Below are positions 1 to 12,796 of a stretch of 64,000 nucleotides of DNA, in pieces (the stretch's first letter is position 1; every line of letters starts with the position of its first letter). Origin of the DNA: Malacoraja senta (Eukaryota); NCBI GenBank assembly GCA_038087875.1, contig CM075989.1, positions 18,416,001 to 18,480,000 of the forward strand, read 5' to 3'. The notes beneath the pieces were generated by a model, which ran no database searches, was not told the DNA's origin, and was given only the letters and a program-made list of their open reading frames with translations. The translations under genes and the position numbers were made by a program.

Positions 1-775
1 GAGTGATACAGTGTGGAAACAGGCCCTTCAGCCCAACCTGCCCACACCGGACAACGTGTTTTTCACGCAGAGAGTTGTGAGTCTGTGGAATTCTCTGCCT
101 CAGAGGGTGGTGAAGGCCGGTTCTCTGGATGCTTTCAAGAGAGAGCTAGATAGAGCTCTTAAAGATAGCAGAGTCAAGGGATATGGGGAGAAGGCAGGAA
201 CGGGGTACTGATTGTGGATGATCAGCCATGATCACATTGAATGGCGGTGCTGGCTCAATGGGCCGAATGTCCTACTCCTGCACCTATTGTCTATGTCCCA
301 GCTACACTAGTCCCACCTGTCTGCGTTTGGTCCATATCCTTCCAAATGTCCTTTCCATGTACCTGCCTAACTGTTTCTTAAACGTTGGGATAGTCCCAGC
401 CTCAACTACCTCCTCTGGCAGCTTGTTCCATACACCCACCACCCTTTGCGTGAAAAAGTTACCCCTCAGATTCCTATTAAATCTTTTCCCCTTCACCTTG
501 AACCTAAGTCCTCGATTCCCCCACTCTGGGCAAGAGACTCTGTGCATCTACCCGATTTATTCCTCTCATTATATTTATCCTTAAGCAAATGACTCTCTGT
601 TTGGAATTGGAATAGTCAGGGCACAATTGAAGAAGATAGATAGATTCTGAGATAGATAGATTCTTGATTAGTTGGATATGGGGAGAAGGCAGGAGAATGG
701 AGTTAGGAGGGAGATATAGATGAATGGCAGTAGACGATGGGCCGAATGGCCTAATTCTACTCCTATCCCATATGA
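1..775. mobile_element. Nested CR1 3' fragments (+ copy ~57-292 inside a - copy; another at ~645-775)
   Basis: FFTQRVV..WNSLP..VV.A motifs on both strands; CR1 3'UTR. Confidence 0.85.
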
Positions 776-780
776 CCTTA

Positions 781-866
781 TGAAGAAAGGTCTTGACCCG
801 AAACGTCACCCTTACCTCCTGAGATGCTGCCTGTCCCGCTGAGTAACTCCAGCATTTTGTGTCCAT
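781..866 (+). mobile_element. Penelope-derived pLTR fragment
   Basis: TGAAGAAAGGTCTTGACCCGAAACGTCACC...GAGTAACTCCAGCATTTTGTGTC. The family recurs at ~3548-3637, 4520-4648(-), 6265-6395, 7310-7398, 11250-11400, 11500-11870, 12490-12700, 14770-14850, 18860-18980, 19900-19970, 21300-21455, 24650-24890, 38855-39075, 41215-41385 and 59270-59365. Confidence 0.7.
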
Positions 867-1726
867 TTCAGGGCACAATTAAGATCTCTTCTGAGATGGT
901 GCTGAGGGAAGGTGAAGGGGAAAGTTGGTGGACGTCAACAGTCCACGTGGGGTGGAAGATTGCAAGTGAGTTCTGGCTTCTGAGTGAAAATAAATTGTCC
1001 TAATCTCCTCCCAACCGATTTCTTTAATTTATATCTTCTGGCTATTGACAGTCTGCTAAAGGAAACGTTTTTTTTCTTACATTCTGTGCCTTGGACCCTT
1101 ACAATTTTATAGATCTCAATCGTATTTCACTTTCTTCTGTTCCACAGGATGCCAGCTCAGTATCTCCAGTCTTTATTCATGACAACAACTTGTGGTGCTG
1201 GAGATAGGCCCTCACAGATAGAACATAGCTCAAGTCCAGATTCAGGGACACTTTCATCCCAGCTGTCATTACTGCTCTCTGGTAGTGGCAGGATGATTCA
1301 GTTGTCTGATAACAGCTGGGATGAAACTGTCCCTGAATCTGGACTTGAGCTGTGTTCTATCTGTGACACTTGGGCCAAACGCAGGCAGGTGGGACTCGTG
1401 TACATGGGGCATGTTGGCCGGTGTGGGCAAGTTGGGCTGAAGGGCCTGTTTCCATGCTCTAAGACTCCATGACTCTATGAGTCTACACTGGCTCAATGAG
1501 CAGATAGCTTGAGGTGAAGGTAACCTACCAGTCATCGTGATCATTGAACAGTTGGATCGACGGAGTTCACCTGGTTCACTGTTATCCTTCATTAGAGGAA
1601 TTCTGTCGTCCTTAAGGGCCTGTCCCACATTCACGACCTAATTCACGACCTCTGCCGAGTTTGCCCTTGACTCATACTCGCAGCATGTTCGTCACGAGGT
1701 CGTAGGAGGTCGTAGGTAGGTCGTGA

Positions 1727-3047
1727 AAGTGGTGAAATCATTGGACAAAGTCAGCATGGATTTACGAAAGGTAAATCATGTCTGACGAATCTTATAGAAT
1801 TTTTCGAGGATGTAACTAGTAGCGTGGATAGGGGAGAACCAGTGGATGTGGTGTATCTGGACTTCCAGAAGGCTTTCGACAAGGTCCCACATAAGAGATT
1901 AGTATACAAACTTAAAGCACATGGCATTGGGGGTTCAGTATTGATGTGGATAGAGAACTGGCTGGCAAACAGGAAGCAAAGAGTAGGAGTAAACGGGTCC
2001 TTTTCACAATGGCAGGCAGTGACTAGTGGGGTACCGCAATGCTCAGTGCTGGGACCCCAGCTATTTACAATATATATTAATGACCTGGATGAGGGAATTG
2101 AAGGCAATATCTCCAAGTTTGCGGATGACACTAAGCTGGGGGGCAGTGTTAGCTGTGATGAGGATGCTAGGAGACTGCAAGGTGACTTGGATAGGCTGGG
2201 TGAGTGGGCAAATGTGTGGCAGATGCAGTATAATGTGGATAAATGTGAGGTTATCCATTTTGGTGGCAAAAACAGGAAAGCAGACTATTTTCTAAATGGT
2301 GGCCGACTAGGAAAAGGGGAGATGCAGCGAGACCTGGGTGTCATGGTACACCAGTCATTGAAAGTAGGCATGCAGGTGCAGCAGGCAGTGAAGAAAGCGA
2401 ATGGTATGTTAGCTTTCATAGCAAAAGGATTTGAGTATAGGAGCAGGGAGGTTCTACTGCAGTTGTACAGGGTCTTGGTGAGACCACACCTGGAGTATTG
2501 CGTACAGTTTTGGTCTCCAAATCTGAGGAAGGACATTATTGCCATAGAGGGAGTGCAGAGAAGGTTCACCAGACTGATTCCTGGGATGTCAGGACTGTCT
2601 TATGAAGAAAGACTGGATAGACTTGGTTTATACTCTCTAGAATTTAGGAGATTGAGAGGGGATCTTATAGAAACTTACAAAATTCTTAAGGGGTTGGACA
2701 GGCTAGATGCAGGAAGATTGCTCCCGATGTTGGGGAAGTCCAGGACAAGGGGTCACAGCTTAAGGATAAGGGGGAAATCCTTTAAAACCGAGATGAGAAG
2801 AACTTTTTTCACACAGAGAGTGGTGAATCTCTGGAACTCTCTGCCACAGAGGGTAGTCGAGGCCAGTTCATTGGCTATATTTAAGAGGGAGCTAGATGTG
2901 GCCTTTGTGGCTAAAGGGATCAGAGGGTATGGAGAGAAGGCAGGTACGGGATACTGAGTTGGATGATCAGCCATGATCATATTGAATGGCGGTGCAGGCT
3001 CGAAGGGCTGAATGGCCTACTCCTGCACCTAATTTCTATGTTTCTAT
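1727..3047 (+). mobile_element. CR1 (HER1-like) LINE, 5'-truncated, young
   Basis: Open RT frame (YLDFQKAFDKV, SGVPQ, FADD, LVRPHLEYC) and 3'UTR ending (TTTCTATG)n. Inserted into a MITE with possible GTGA duplication. Confidence 0.95.
1824..2957 (+). CDS. CR1 ORF2 reverse transcriptase, C-terminal part (truncated transposon ORF, not a host gene)
   Basis: 377-aa uninterrupted frame with non-LTR RT motifs. Confidence 0.85.
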   Translation: MDRGEPVDVVYLDFQKAFDKVPHKRLVYKLKAHGIGGSVLMWIENWLANRKQRVGVNGSFSQWQAVTSGVPQCSVLGPQLFTIYINDLDEGIEGNISKFADDTKLGGSVSCDEDARRLQGDLDRLGEWANVWQMQYNVDKCEVIHFGGKNRKADYFLNGGRLGKGEMQRDLGVMVHQSLKVGMQVQQAVKKANGMLAFIAKGFEYRSREVLLQLYRVLVRPHLEYCVQFWSPNLRKDIIAIEGVQRRFTRLIPGMSGLSYEERLDRLGLYSLEFRRLRGDLIETYKILKGLDRLDAGRLLPMLGKSRTRGHSLRIRGKSFKTEMRRTFFTQRVVNLWNSLPQRVVEASSLAIFKRELDVAFVAKGIRGYGEKAGTGY

Positions 3048-3199
3048 GTGATGCTAGTCGTAGGTACTCGTGGCATCAAGTAGGTCGGGGCATTTTTTCT
3101 AGCATGATGAAAAATGTCCACGAGTAAAAAAGGTCGTGAATTAAGTCGTGAAAGTGAGACAGGCATTTACATAGCCTATAAATGGCTCCAAAATGTACA

Positions 3200-3760
3200 A
3201 TCATTGTTGCCAGGTCTTCAGGGCCTGAGCTATAGGGAAAGGTTGGTCAGACTTTATGCCTTGGTGTCTAGGAAGCCAAGGGGGTGTTTTTATGGTCTAT
3301 AAAATCCTGAGGGAGATAGGGTGAATGCAAAGCCTTTTACCCAATGTAGGAGAATCAAGAATCACAAAAAAATGAATCAAGATCCATAGATTTAAGGTGA
3401 GAGAGGAAAGATTTAACTGAACCTGAAGGGCAACTTGTTCATACAGAGAGTGGTAGGTATATGGAACAAACTGCCAAAGGAGGTTGTTGAGGCAGGTACT
3501 GCAATGACATTTACAAACAAGACACTTGGACAGGTACATGGATAGTCTCAAGAAGGGTCTCGACCCAAAACATCACCCATTCCTTCCCTCCAGAGATGCT
3601 GCCTGTCCCACTGTGTTACTCTAGCATTTTGTGTCTGACATGGATAGGCAAGGTTGAGAGGGATATGGGCCAAATGCAGGCAGGTGGGACTAGCGTAGAT
3701 GGAATTTCTTGATCGGCATGGATGAGTAGGACTGTGGGGGTGTTTCCTTGCTCCAAGACT
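3200..3760 (+). mobile_element. Degenerate CR1 3' fragment
   Basis: GLSYRERL and CAGAGAGTGGTAGGTATATGGAAC; interrupted by a pLTR fragment. Confidence 0.75.
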
Positions 3761-4921
3761 GTAAAGCAATGTGGTTGATTAAGAAGAGTCTCGACACAAG
3801 ATAAGGTCGGGGGGGGGGGGGGGGAGGTGCGAACACACGGCAAGGATGGGGTTTGGGGCCGGAGGAAGGCAGGTGAGTGGACGGAGGTCGAGGCCATGTC
3901 TGGTAGGGGGGTGGTGGGTGGTCAGGGAGGAGGGGGGTCTGAGGACTATAGTATGGGTGAGGAGGAGCTGGGGTCACATGGTACAAGGGGGAAGGGGAAG
4001 ACCCAGTGGAACAACCACTGATGTTTCATGTGTTGGGGGGTGGAGAGCACTAGGACCCAGCGCAGTCAGGCCCCATGGTGTGAGAGTCTGGCGTGGAGAC
4101 TTCAGGCGTAGAGACTCCAGGCCCGGTGCTGAGCCTGGGACTCAGATAAGGCGACGGCTGCGGCCTGCTGGTGGGCGGTGGAGTGGGGAGGGTCGGTAGA
4201 GTCACTGGTGGAGGCCCGCGGGGAGTGGAGTCCGGGCCAGCGGGCGAAGCGTCGGAATCCCGGTCAGCGGATGGCTGGTGAGGCGGTGAGGGTCGGCGTA
4301 ATCGGTGAGGCAGCGATAGTCAAAGGTACCAGTGAGGCAGCGAGGATCGGCGCCATCGGTGGGTACGTGGAGGTCGGCGGCAGCGGCGTCCTTGGTGGTC
4401 TAGGCCTGAGATCGGTCAGGGAGGCGGTGAGTGTTGGCGCTGCTCCTCGTAGCAAAGATGGCGTCGCGGGACATGTAAATGGTTTATTTATGATGGCTTA
4501 GTTTGGTTTAGATTAGTGTAGAAAGGAAATGCAGATGCTGGTTTAAACCGAAGATAGACATGAAAAGCTTGAGTAACTCGGCGGGACAGGCAGCATCTCT
4601 GGAGAAAGGGAATAGGTGACATTTTGGGTCGAGACCTGTCTTCAGACTTTGGTTTAGTTTGGCTTAGGTACACATGACAATAATAAACCAGTGCTGATAT
4701 GAATGGCTGAAATTAGGAGTTAACGACTTGGAGATGACCAATTATAGGGAACATTCTTAATATAGGCATCTAACAAAGGTGTTAATAAATAAAGTGGGCT
4801 TGTCATTGTGCACACTAAAACCTTTCTTCTGTTATGACACTGAATTGCTAGCCTTGCCATGTTTTACTTATTTTAACGTCATTGAATAGATATGAATATT
4901 ACCTCATTCTTTGATGGGTAA

Positions 4922-5428
4922 AGGGGCTGTCCCACTTGGGCGACCTAATTGGTGAGTTTAGAAGAGTTTCAAAAAATGACATGTTGAAGACCTCCTTCGA
5001 CTATGTTGAAGACCAGCTTTGACTAGCTTCGACTAACTTCGGGAAAATTGGACACCAAATAGTGGAGAGTGAAGACGACCTCCTTCGACCTCCTTCGACC
5101 TCCCTTCAACTATGATGAAGACTATATACGACTACCTTCGACTACCCTTGATTTCCTACGACTAACATGCTGACCTACTACGACCTACTACAGCTAAACC
5201 TACGAGTAAAAAAAGTATAGATTTTTTCCATGGCGACCTTTTTTTACTCGCGGGCATTTTTTAACATATTGAAAAAACCGCCGCGACCTAGCTGAGGCCT
5301 CGAGTACGCGGAGACCACTCTCGAGCATGAAGGAGAGTTACGAAGATCTCCTACAACCTCTGCGAGTATGAGTCGAGGGCAAACCCGCCAGAACTCGGGG
5401 ACTAGGTCGCCCAAGTGGGACAGGCCCT
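4922..5428. mobile_element. PIF/Harbinger-type MITE
   Basis: TIR AGGGGCTGTCCCACTTGGGCGACCTA / TAGGTCGCCCAAGTGGGACAGGCCCT; TSD TAA. Confidence 0.85.
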
Positions 5429-6404
5429 TAAGTTTACAGTCTGAGGCTTTATCAGCTTAACTAACAGAAACCAACCCTTTAGAACATGTCTGGAGTGATG
5501 ACCTTAGAGCCAGATTTAGCCACACAGTCTTTACTTTAGTTCAGAGATACAACATGGAAACAGGCCCTTCGGCCCATCAATCATCAATCATCTGTACACT
5601 AGTACTCTGTTAGTCCCACTTTTGCAAGGTACACACTTGGGTCATTTTAAAGAGGCCAATTATTCTACAAACCTGCATGTCTTTGGGAGATGGGAGGAAA
5701 CTGGAGCACCTGGAGGATACGCACGAGGTCACATGGAGAATGTGCAAACTCCACACAGACAGCACCCGAGGTCAGGATCGAACCTGGTTCTCTGGCGCCG
5801 TGAGGCAGCGGCTCTACCACTGCGCCACTGTGCCTCCCCCGGTCATCGTCAGTCGTGAGTGCACATGGAATCATCTCATTCCCCAGGCCAAGAGAATTCA
5901 CAGCTCATTCAGTGCCAACAACCACGCTCCTGCCTTGTGCATTCCGTTGGGAAGGGCCTGTAGCAGCAGGATCATGCCTACCCACCAAGGGAAAGCTTTG
6001 AGGATCGGGCATCTTGTCGACATCGTGCAGGGATTTCTATTTCTGTTCAAGCACAATAATTCAGCAGGAAATCGTTGAGGTGCTAACACAGGACAAGCAG
6101 CGGTGGGACCACTTGATGGTGCACAGGAGCAAGAGCACTCGTTAAAGGAGGGGCTCAAAGTGTGCAATGCACTCATTGTCCCTGCTGCACAGACGTGGCT
6201 GCCAATGATGTCCTCTGGGCCAGTGCTGTATTCAGCCCTCACCATCCTTCTCCACTGGGGTCTTAGTCTGAAGAAGGGCCTCGACCCGAAACGCCACCCA
6301 TTCCTTCTCTCCAGAGATGCTGCCTGTCCCGCTGAGTTACTCCAGCATTTTGTGTCTATCTTTGGTTTAAACCAACATCTGCAGTTCCTTCATACACAGG
6401 AGTT

Positions 6405-6695
6405 CAGTTTAGTTTAGTTTAGAGATACGGTGCAGAAACAGGCCCTTTGGCCCACCGAGTCCACACCGACCAGTGATCCCCACACACTTACACTATCCTA
6501 CACACACTGGGGACAATTTACACTTATATCAAGCTAATTAACCTACAAACCTGTACGTCTTTGGAGTGTGGGAGGAAACCGAAAATCTCGGAGAAAATCC
6601 ATGCAGGTCACGGGTGGAATGTACAAACTCCGTAGTCGGGATCGAACCCGGGTCTCCGGCGCTGTAAGGCAGCAACTCTACCGCCGTGCCGCCCT
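6405..6695 (-). mobile_element. HE1-like tRNA-derived V-SINE
   Basis: tRNA-like head with A/B boxes (GGCGGTAGAG...GGTTCGATCCC), conserved core CTCCCACACTCCAAAGAC, CR1-shared tail GGGCC.AAGGGCCTGTTTC and (CTAAA)n. Other copies at ~5535-5835(-), 9480-9670(+), 10100-10392(-), 10645-10925(+), 13160-13465(+), 17078-17372(-), 20413-20722(-), 23788-23992(-), 25290-25610(-), 39185-39495, 39640-39930(+) and 59460-59730(-). Confidence 0.85.
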
Positions 6696-8277
6696 GGGCC
6701 TTGTCAATACTTTGCTGCTCACCTGCGCACAGTGCCCTGCCATCAGCGGCCGCTAAACCAATTAAGCTTTTGGCAAACACCGTGCAACAGACTGTCGAAA
6801 GGCCCAGTGGTAAATGGCAAGTCCTTGATGTTGCCTGTGATACTGGGAAAGGCTGTTCCCCCACTGAACACCGAGCCAGTTAATGTTTAATTGCAAGAAA
6901 AATCCATATAAACTTGACGCTCGGCCAAAGGATGCAGCTTCCCAGGGGTACGTCAACTCCAATTTAGCAGGTAAGTTAATTGACAGCTGGTGGTATTAAT
7001 TTCATCCAGTATAATATTGTTCCCAGCAAATTGAACACAGACTTGAACCAGCAACAGATTTTAATAAAATTGTTCACAATTTCTGCCCCTTATTTTGCGT
7101 ACAATGCAGCGGTGATGACAACGAGGGAAAAGGAAATATTCTCTTGCGTTGATTCAATTAAATCACCCCACCAAGGTCCAGCTCGCTTGTTGTTGCGATG
7201 GCTGTGTAATTGATTATTGTCGGGTAAAGTATGCCAGCGAGCCTCAACCAGCTCACTGTACGAGGCAACGTCAGGTTGGCAACTGTGTCTCCGTCTCCCT
7301 CGACTCTGAGTCTGAAGAAGGGTCTCGACCCGAATCGTCACCCATTCCTTCTCTCCAGAGATGCTCCATCATACTCCATCATTTTGCGTCTATCTTCAGA
7401 ATACGTACAGTGGCTTTCAATTTTTTTGACTTCACCTAGCAAGAAATTTCAATTCTCACATTTAGTCACAAAGTCATTGTCACCCAGTGTTCAAGAGGGT
7501 GTGATCACTGCTCATGTTGGTAAGTTATAGTTGGAATGGTGGATGTATTACTGCTATTAATTTATTGCATTATTGATTATTATTGATTATTATTTATTTA
7601 TCTGTGTGTTATTGTATTTATGAGCCTGTAGGAAGTAAGAATTTCATTGTTTGATTGTTGGTACGTGTGGCAATTAAACACTCTTGACTCTCTTGATGTA
7701 TTGTGAATGTGGAACGAATGTCAGGCTGATTTCAATGACTAGTCATGGACCATCATGACAAGCACACAGGGAGTCCGGAACTGTGCTTCCTTTGTGCACT
7801 GAGCAGTGTCACAAATGTTAACTCATAAAATGTCACAACAAACAAACTTGAAATACAATTTATTCATGAATTTCACCTTTTAATGTAACAGAATATTCCT
7901 GATCGCTACACAAGAGAGTTAACAACTAAAATCGTGCTAGTCCCTTGAGATGTTATCAAGGTAGGTGACCTGAAATTTGATAGATCTAAGGAAGAGAGAG
8001 ACAACGAGGGGTGGACTAGGATTGGTGTTGGTTTGTTCATGTCTTGCTCCAAGATACAGTGAAAACTTAGTTTGCGTGTTACTCAGTCAAATCATTCCAT
8101 ACGAGTGCAATGAGGCCACACACACGCAAGTACACCAGGTGGTGCAAAGAGAAAAATAACTGAGTGCAGAATATAGTTACAAAAACAGAGGAAGTGCAAT
8201 TTAAAAAAATGCAATGTCTGCAACGAGGTAGGCTGGGAGATTGAGACTCTACCCTTAGCTTGTGAGATGTCTGTTAG

Positions 8278-8528
8278 TAGACCCCGACCTCGGGTGATCA
8301 CAGAGGAAGAGGACAACGTTTTGTTCCCTTTCCCCACAATGGAACATTTTGATTCTGTTGTTGGGGGGACATTCATGTTGGATTCTATAATGTGTTGTGT
8401 CATTTTAAAAAAAAAATTAAATTCTATGGATGTACGGAAATTAATTATTTTTTCTATGTAAAGCACTTTGGTTTCAACGCGAGTTGATTTAAACGTGCTA
8501 TATAAATAAAATGTACTTACTTACTTAC
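8278..8528 (+). mobile_element. L2-type 3' tail
   Basis: GTAAAGCACTTTG...GTGCTATATAAATAAA followed by (CTTA)n. Confidence 0.6.
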
Positions 8529-9184
8529 TAGTCTGGTAGTTGTAGTATGAGTAGACTGATAACAGCGGGGAAAAGGCTGTTCCTTAACCTGGAGGTACAT
8601 GCTTTCAAGCTTTTGTATCTGCTGTCCAAAGGGAGAGGTGAGAAGAGTGAATGATCTGGGTGTGAGTGGTCCTTGATTACGTTGGCTGCTTTCCCAAGGC
8701 AGCATGAAGTATTAGATGGAGTCAATGGTGGGGAGGCTCCTCCGCCCTGAGTGGAAGGAGTGGGTTGGAGGGTCAATAAGCAGACCGGCTACAGGAGGAA
8801 CTGCACTGCCTCGATGGTGGAGTGGGCCGCTGGAGGCCCTGCAACAGCCTGGGACTTGGCTGGGCCGGCGCCGATCCATGAGGCCGAGCGAGCGGACTTG
8901 ACGCGGCCTACAGCGGCGGAGCAGCGGTGGAGGACAGCACGGCTTCACTTGGTCAGACTGACTCAGCAACACTGCCTGGACAACGGGTCTTCATGGTCAG
9001 CCTTCAAAAACCCTGCGCTTACAAACTGGGACTTGAAAATGGCACCAAAATGGTGTCTCTGTATACTGGCTCAGTGTACTACTGCTATACACTTGTACTG
9101 TATCCAAGATGTATCTGTGCTTATCTATAGTGATACTTGTACTGAACTGTATACAAAATATATATATATATATTTTTATATATT

Positions 9185-9475
9185 TTTTTCTTTTTCTTTT
9201 TTTTTTTAAATTATTTTTATTGGAGGAAAAAAAAATACAGTACATCCGACGTATTGCATTACATTTCCCTCCATTTAGTTTTTTATATATAATAACAAAA
9301 TAACCCTTACCCACCCTCCCTAAACACCCCTTGGCAGCTAATGTGTTCACAACACAAACATATCACAAATACAAATGCACATTTTAACACTAATAAAGTA
9401 ACAAAACAGAACAAAAATGAATTTCACTGGACCTCGATAGATACGATAGATAAAGTACCATGGCCATTGATATTT
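9185..9475 (-). mobile_element. L1-type 3' tail
   Basis: Poly-T plus AAATTATTTTTATTGGA, same as 30417-30433. Confidence 0.55.
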
Positions 9476-11641
9476 CAGGTCACAGTGGCGCAGCGGTAGA
9501 GTTGCCGCCTTACAGCAAAATGCAACGCCGGAGACTCGGGTTCGATCCCGACCACGGGCGCTGTCTGTACGGAGTTTGTACGTTCTCCCCGTGACCTGCG
9601 TGGGTTTCCTCACACATTCCAAAGACGTACAGGTTTGTAGGTTCATTGGCTTGATAAATGTAAAAATTGTCCCATATAAAAGTGTCCAACTTCCAATGTA
9701 ATCCCTGGTGGACTCTTAGGAAGGTAGAAGGTACAAGGTTTAGTTTCTGGAACCTCCCTTTACATTTGTTTTTCTTCATTAACATACCGCCTTATTGCAT
9801 TGAAGAAGGTGTCTCATGTATTTAGGAAGTCTTAGTCAACTAATCCCACTCCCTTGCTCATTTACCATTTTCCTACATATTTCACCTTTTAATATTTATT
9901 AAGTTCACTTTTGAAAGCTACTATCAAACGTTTCCACAATCCTTTAATCCATTCCAGATCATAACAACAAGTTGACAAGGAGTAGACTGAGGTCCAATTA
10001 GGAGTGTGTTGGAGTAGTTAAGTTCCCATGGAAAGGTGTGAATGAGGAGCAGATGAGTGGAAGTAGGGGTGAAATTGTTAGGAATTGAGTGAATCATCTT
10101 AGTTTAGTTTGGTTTAGAGATACAGCGCAGAAACAGGCCCTTCGACCCACCGGGTCGGTGCCGACCAGCCATCACCCCGCACACTAACACTATCCTACAC
10201 ACACTAGGGACAATTTACAATTTTACCGAAGCCAATTAACCTACAAACTTTGGAGTTTGGGGGGAAACTGGAGCACCTGGAGAAAACCCACGGGGTGAAC
10301 GTGCAAACTCCGCGCAGACAGAACCCATCGTCAGGATCGAACCCGGGTGTCTGGCGCTGTAAGACTGCAACACTACCGCTGCGCCACCGTGCTGATCTCT
10401 TGAGCTTTTGTTCCCCCTATGAATTCCCTAAATGTTTGCTTATATATAAAATAAGTCTCTCATCTTAACTCTGGACAACGTTATACCTGAGATCAGTAGT
10501 TACCACATCCACCACAGTCAGAGGATACCAACGCAAACAATAGCAATAAACAATAATGTTTAAATACAGAGATTATTTGAGGAATTAAAAGCGATGGAGA
10601 GAGTATGATGCTGGGACTCGAGGCGCTGAGCTATAGAGGAAGCTTGGCGCGGTAGAATTGTTGCCTTACAACGCCGGAGACCGGGGTTTGATCCTGAGTA
10701 CAGATGCTTTCTGTACATTCTCCCTGTGACCGTGTGGGTTTTCTCCGGGTGCTCTGGCTTCCTCCCACACTCCAAAGACGAGCAAGTCTGCAGCTTAATT
10801 GGTTTCAGTAAAATTGTTAAATTATTCCTAGTGTGTAGGACAGTATTAGTGTACATGGGTTGCTGGTGGGCGTGGATTCGGTGGGCCGAGGGGTCTGTTT
10901 CCGCGCTGCATCTCGAAAACTAAAATTAACCACCATTCCGCCTCCTATTCAAAAGCTGTTGCCTTTATCTGAGGAACTGCGTCACAAAAAGGGAAATGGT
11001 TGATTTGCCCTTTATCGTTGCATTATCAATGAACCTCCAGAGGGATTTTAATCAAGGAATCTGAATTATGAATGATTTCTGTCCATTTTCCTCAAGGCAT
11101 CTTGTATCGTTGGGACCGTGAGCCAGAATGAGTTTCAGCTCTCTCGGGGACAAATTAATTCTGATGTAAATAAATGTCCATGCAGTGTGAAAGGAAGAAT
11201 TTAAAGGCCTGACAAGCATTTATGTTTTGGAGTTAACATATTAAGAGAAAAAGGATGGGTGACGTTCGTGTCTGAAGAAGGGTTCCGACCAGAAACGTCA
11301 CCTATTCCTTTTTCTCCAGAGATGCTGCCTGACCCGCCGAGTTACTCCAGCACTTGGCATCTATCTTCGGTATAAACCAGCATCTGCAGTTCCTTCCCTC
11401 ACAAGCTTATATGTCTCAGTCGGTTTCTAATTGCATTTGTGCCTTTTACTTTATGAGCGTTGAAACACATGACATTGTGATTAAAACAAGTCATAGAAAC
11501 ATGGAACTGCAGATGTTGGCCAATGCACAAAAGGATACAAAGTGCTGGAGCAATTTAGCAGGTCAGGAAACATCTCTGGAGAACATGGATAGGTGACGAT
11601 TCGGGTCGGGACCCTTCTCAGTCTGAAGAAGGGTCTCAACC

Positions 11642-11783
11642 CTCTTCTTCTTCTTGCGTACGGCGTGCACAGCCTAAAGTTGTAGGACAACTTGTTCTAT
11701 TTGATCTTACTTGATTGTGCACGCCAGGTTGATTGCATTCGTCGAAACAGGGCGGACCCCGTGAAGGTTGCAATCTCCCACCC
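11642..11783 (-). mobile_element. Short non-autonomous retroposon (~140 bp) with 5' HDV-like ribozyme fold and (GAA)n tail, copy 1
   Basis: Flanked by 11-bp TSD GGGTCTCAACC (11631-11641, 11784-11794). Minus strand ends ...GCTGTGCACGCCGTACGCAAGAAGAAGAAG. Homologous to the split copy at 15355-16370. Confidence 0.85.
11731..11783 (-). ncRNA. Minimal HDV/CPEB3-like ribozyme fold (copy 1, lacks G1)
   Basis: GGGUGG-GA-GAUUGCA(P2)-ACC(P3)-UUCACGG(L3)-GGU-CCGCCCU(P1')-GUUUCGA-CGAA(J4/2)-UGCAAUC(P2'). Confidence 0.75.
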
Positions 11784-12796
11784 GGGTCTCAACCTGAAAC
11801 ATCAACTAACCATGTTGTACAGAGATGCTGCCTGACCTGCTGAGTTACTCCAGCACTTTGTGTAGTTTTGTGCTTAGAACAAAATCAGTAATTAACAGAA
11901 AAGACAACAATAAAAACATCTGGCCCTCAAACTCAATAGATTTCTTCTGACTTGGATTTATTTTCAGTTGGTAACATGATGAATGTTGGAAATATTACTT
12001 GTTCAATACCATTAAGACTTGACTTCTATTGTGCAAATAAGCACGTTATATAACCAAGCTCACCTTGAAACACAGACAAAATATACGACTTGGCTGACAG
12101 TGAGATTTAAGGTGATCATTAAACTGCAACGCTCTGATGCAGATGATTTCCACTTGGGATTCTGATGGGACAACTACCTCCTGTAAACATTCAGATTGGC
12201 ATGAGTTTCCCCCTTTCTCTCTCCTGCTGCACTGAACGGAGATGAGGAATTAGTTACGACAAGCTTCTTACTCAAGGAAATTCATCTTCATCCTTGTTAT
12301 CAAATCCCACCATGGCTTTGCCCTTCCCCTCCCTTTAAACTCACCCAGTCCCACAGCATTCAGTTATATCTCTCCTTCTCCAGTCCTGCTCTTGTGAACA
12401 CATCTAACCATTAGGAGGGATACTGCCTCTGGAATGATATTCATTCAAAGGACGCGGGCTTTGAAGGCTGAGCCCGCATTTAATTGATGATAGACTCAAA
12501 GTGCCGGAAGAACTCAGCGGGTCAGGCAGCATCTCTGGAGAAAGACGATGGGTGACATTTGGGCCGGAACCCTTCTGCAGACGGATGAAGTGTTCCGACC
12601 TGAAATGTTACCCATCCTTTTATCTCCGGAGATACTGCCTGATCCGCTGAGTTACTCCAGCACTTTGTGCCTATCTTCGGTATAAACCAGTATTGCAGTT
12701 TCTCCCACCTTTTAATTGCCCATCCCTAATGGCCCTTGAGAGGCGTGGTGCAATGTTTTGTTGAACTGCTGCAACCCTTGAGGGATGATACACTAA

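Larger units (their letters stand above)
1615..3166. mobile_element. PIF/Harbinger-type MITE split by CR1
   Basis: TIR AGGGCCTGTCCCAC...GTGAGACAGGCAT, with TTA on both sides. Confidence 0.75.

Noticed and set aside
4980..5200. Short repeats resembling a CRISPR or iteron array
   Set aside because: Irregular 7-11-bp motifs inside a MITE, no unique spacers, eukaryotic context.
6898..6976. Possible + strand exon ending CAG|GTAAGT (similarly 29981-30044)
   Set aside because: Weak acceptors, unrecognised peptides, no consistent exon chain.
9480..9560. tRNA-like sequence with A/B boxes
   Set aside because: Head of the HE1-like SINE, continuing into the SINE body; not a tRNA gene.
11731..11775. 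GTCGAAAC on the + strand as a hammerhead core
   Set aside because: No CUGAnGA partner; the minus-strand HDV fold explains all the pairing.
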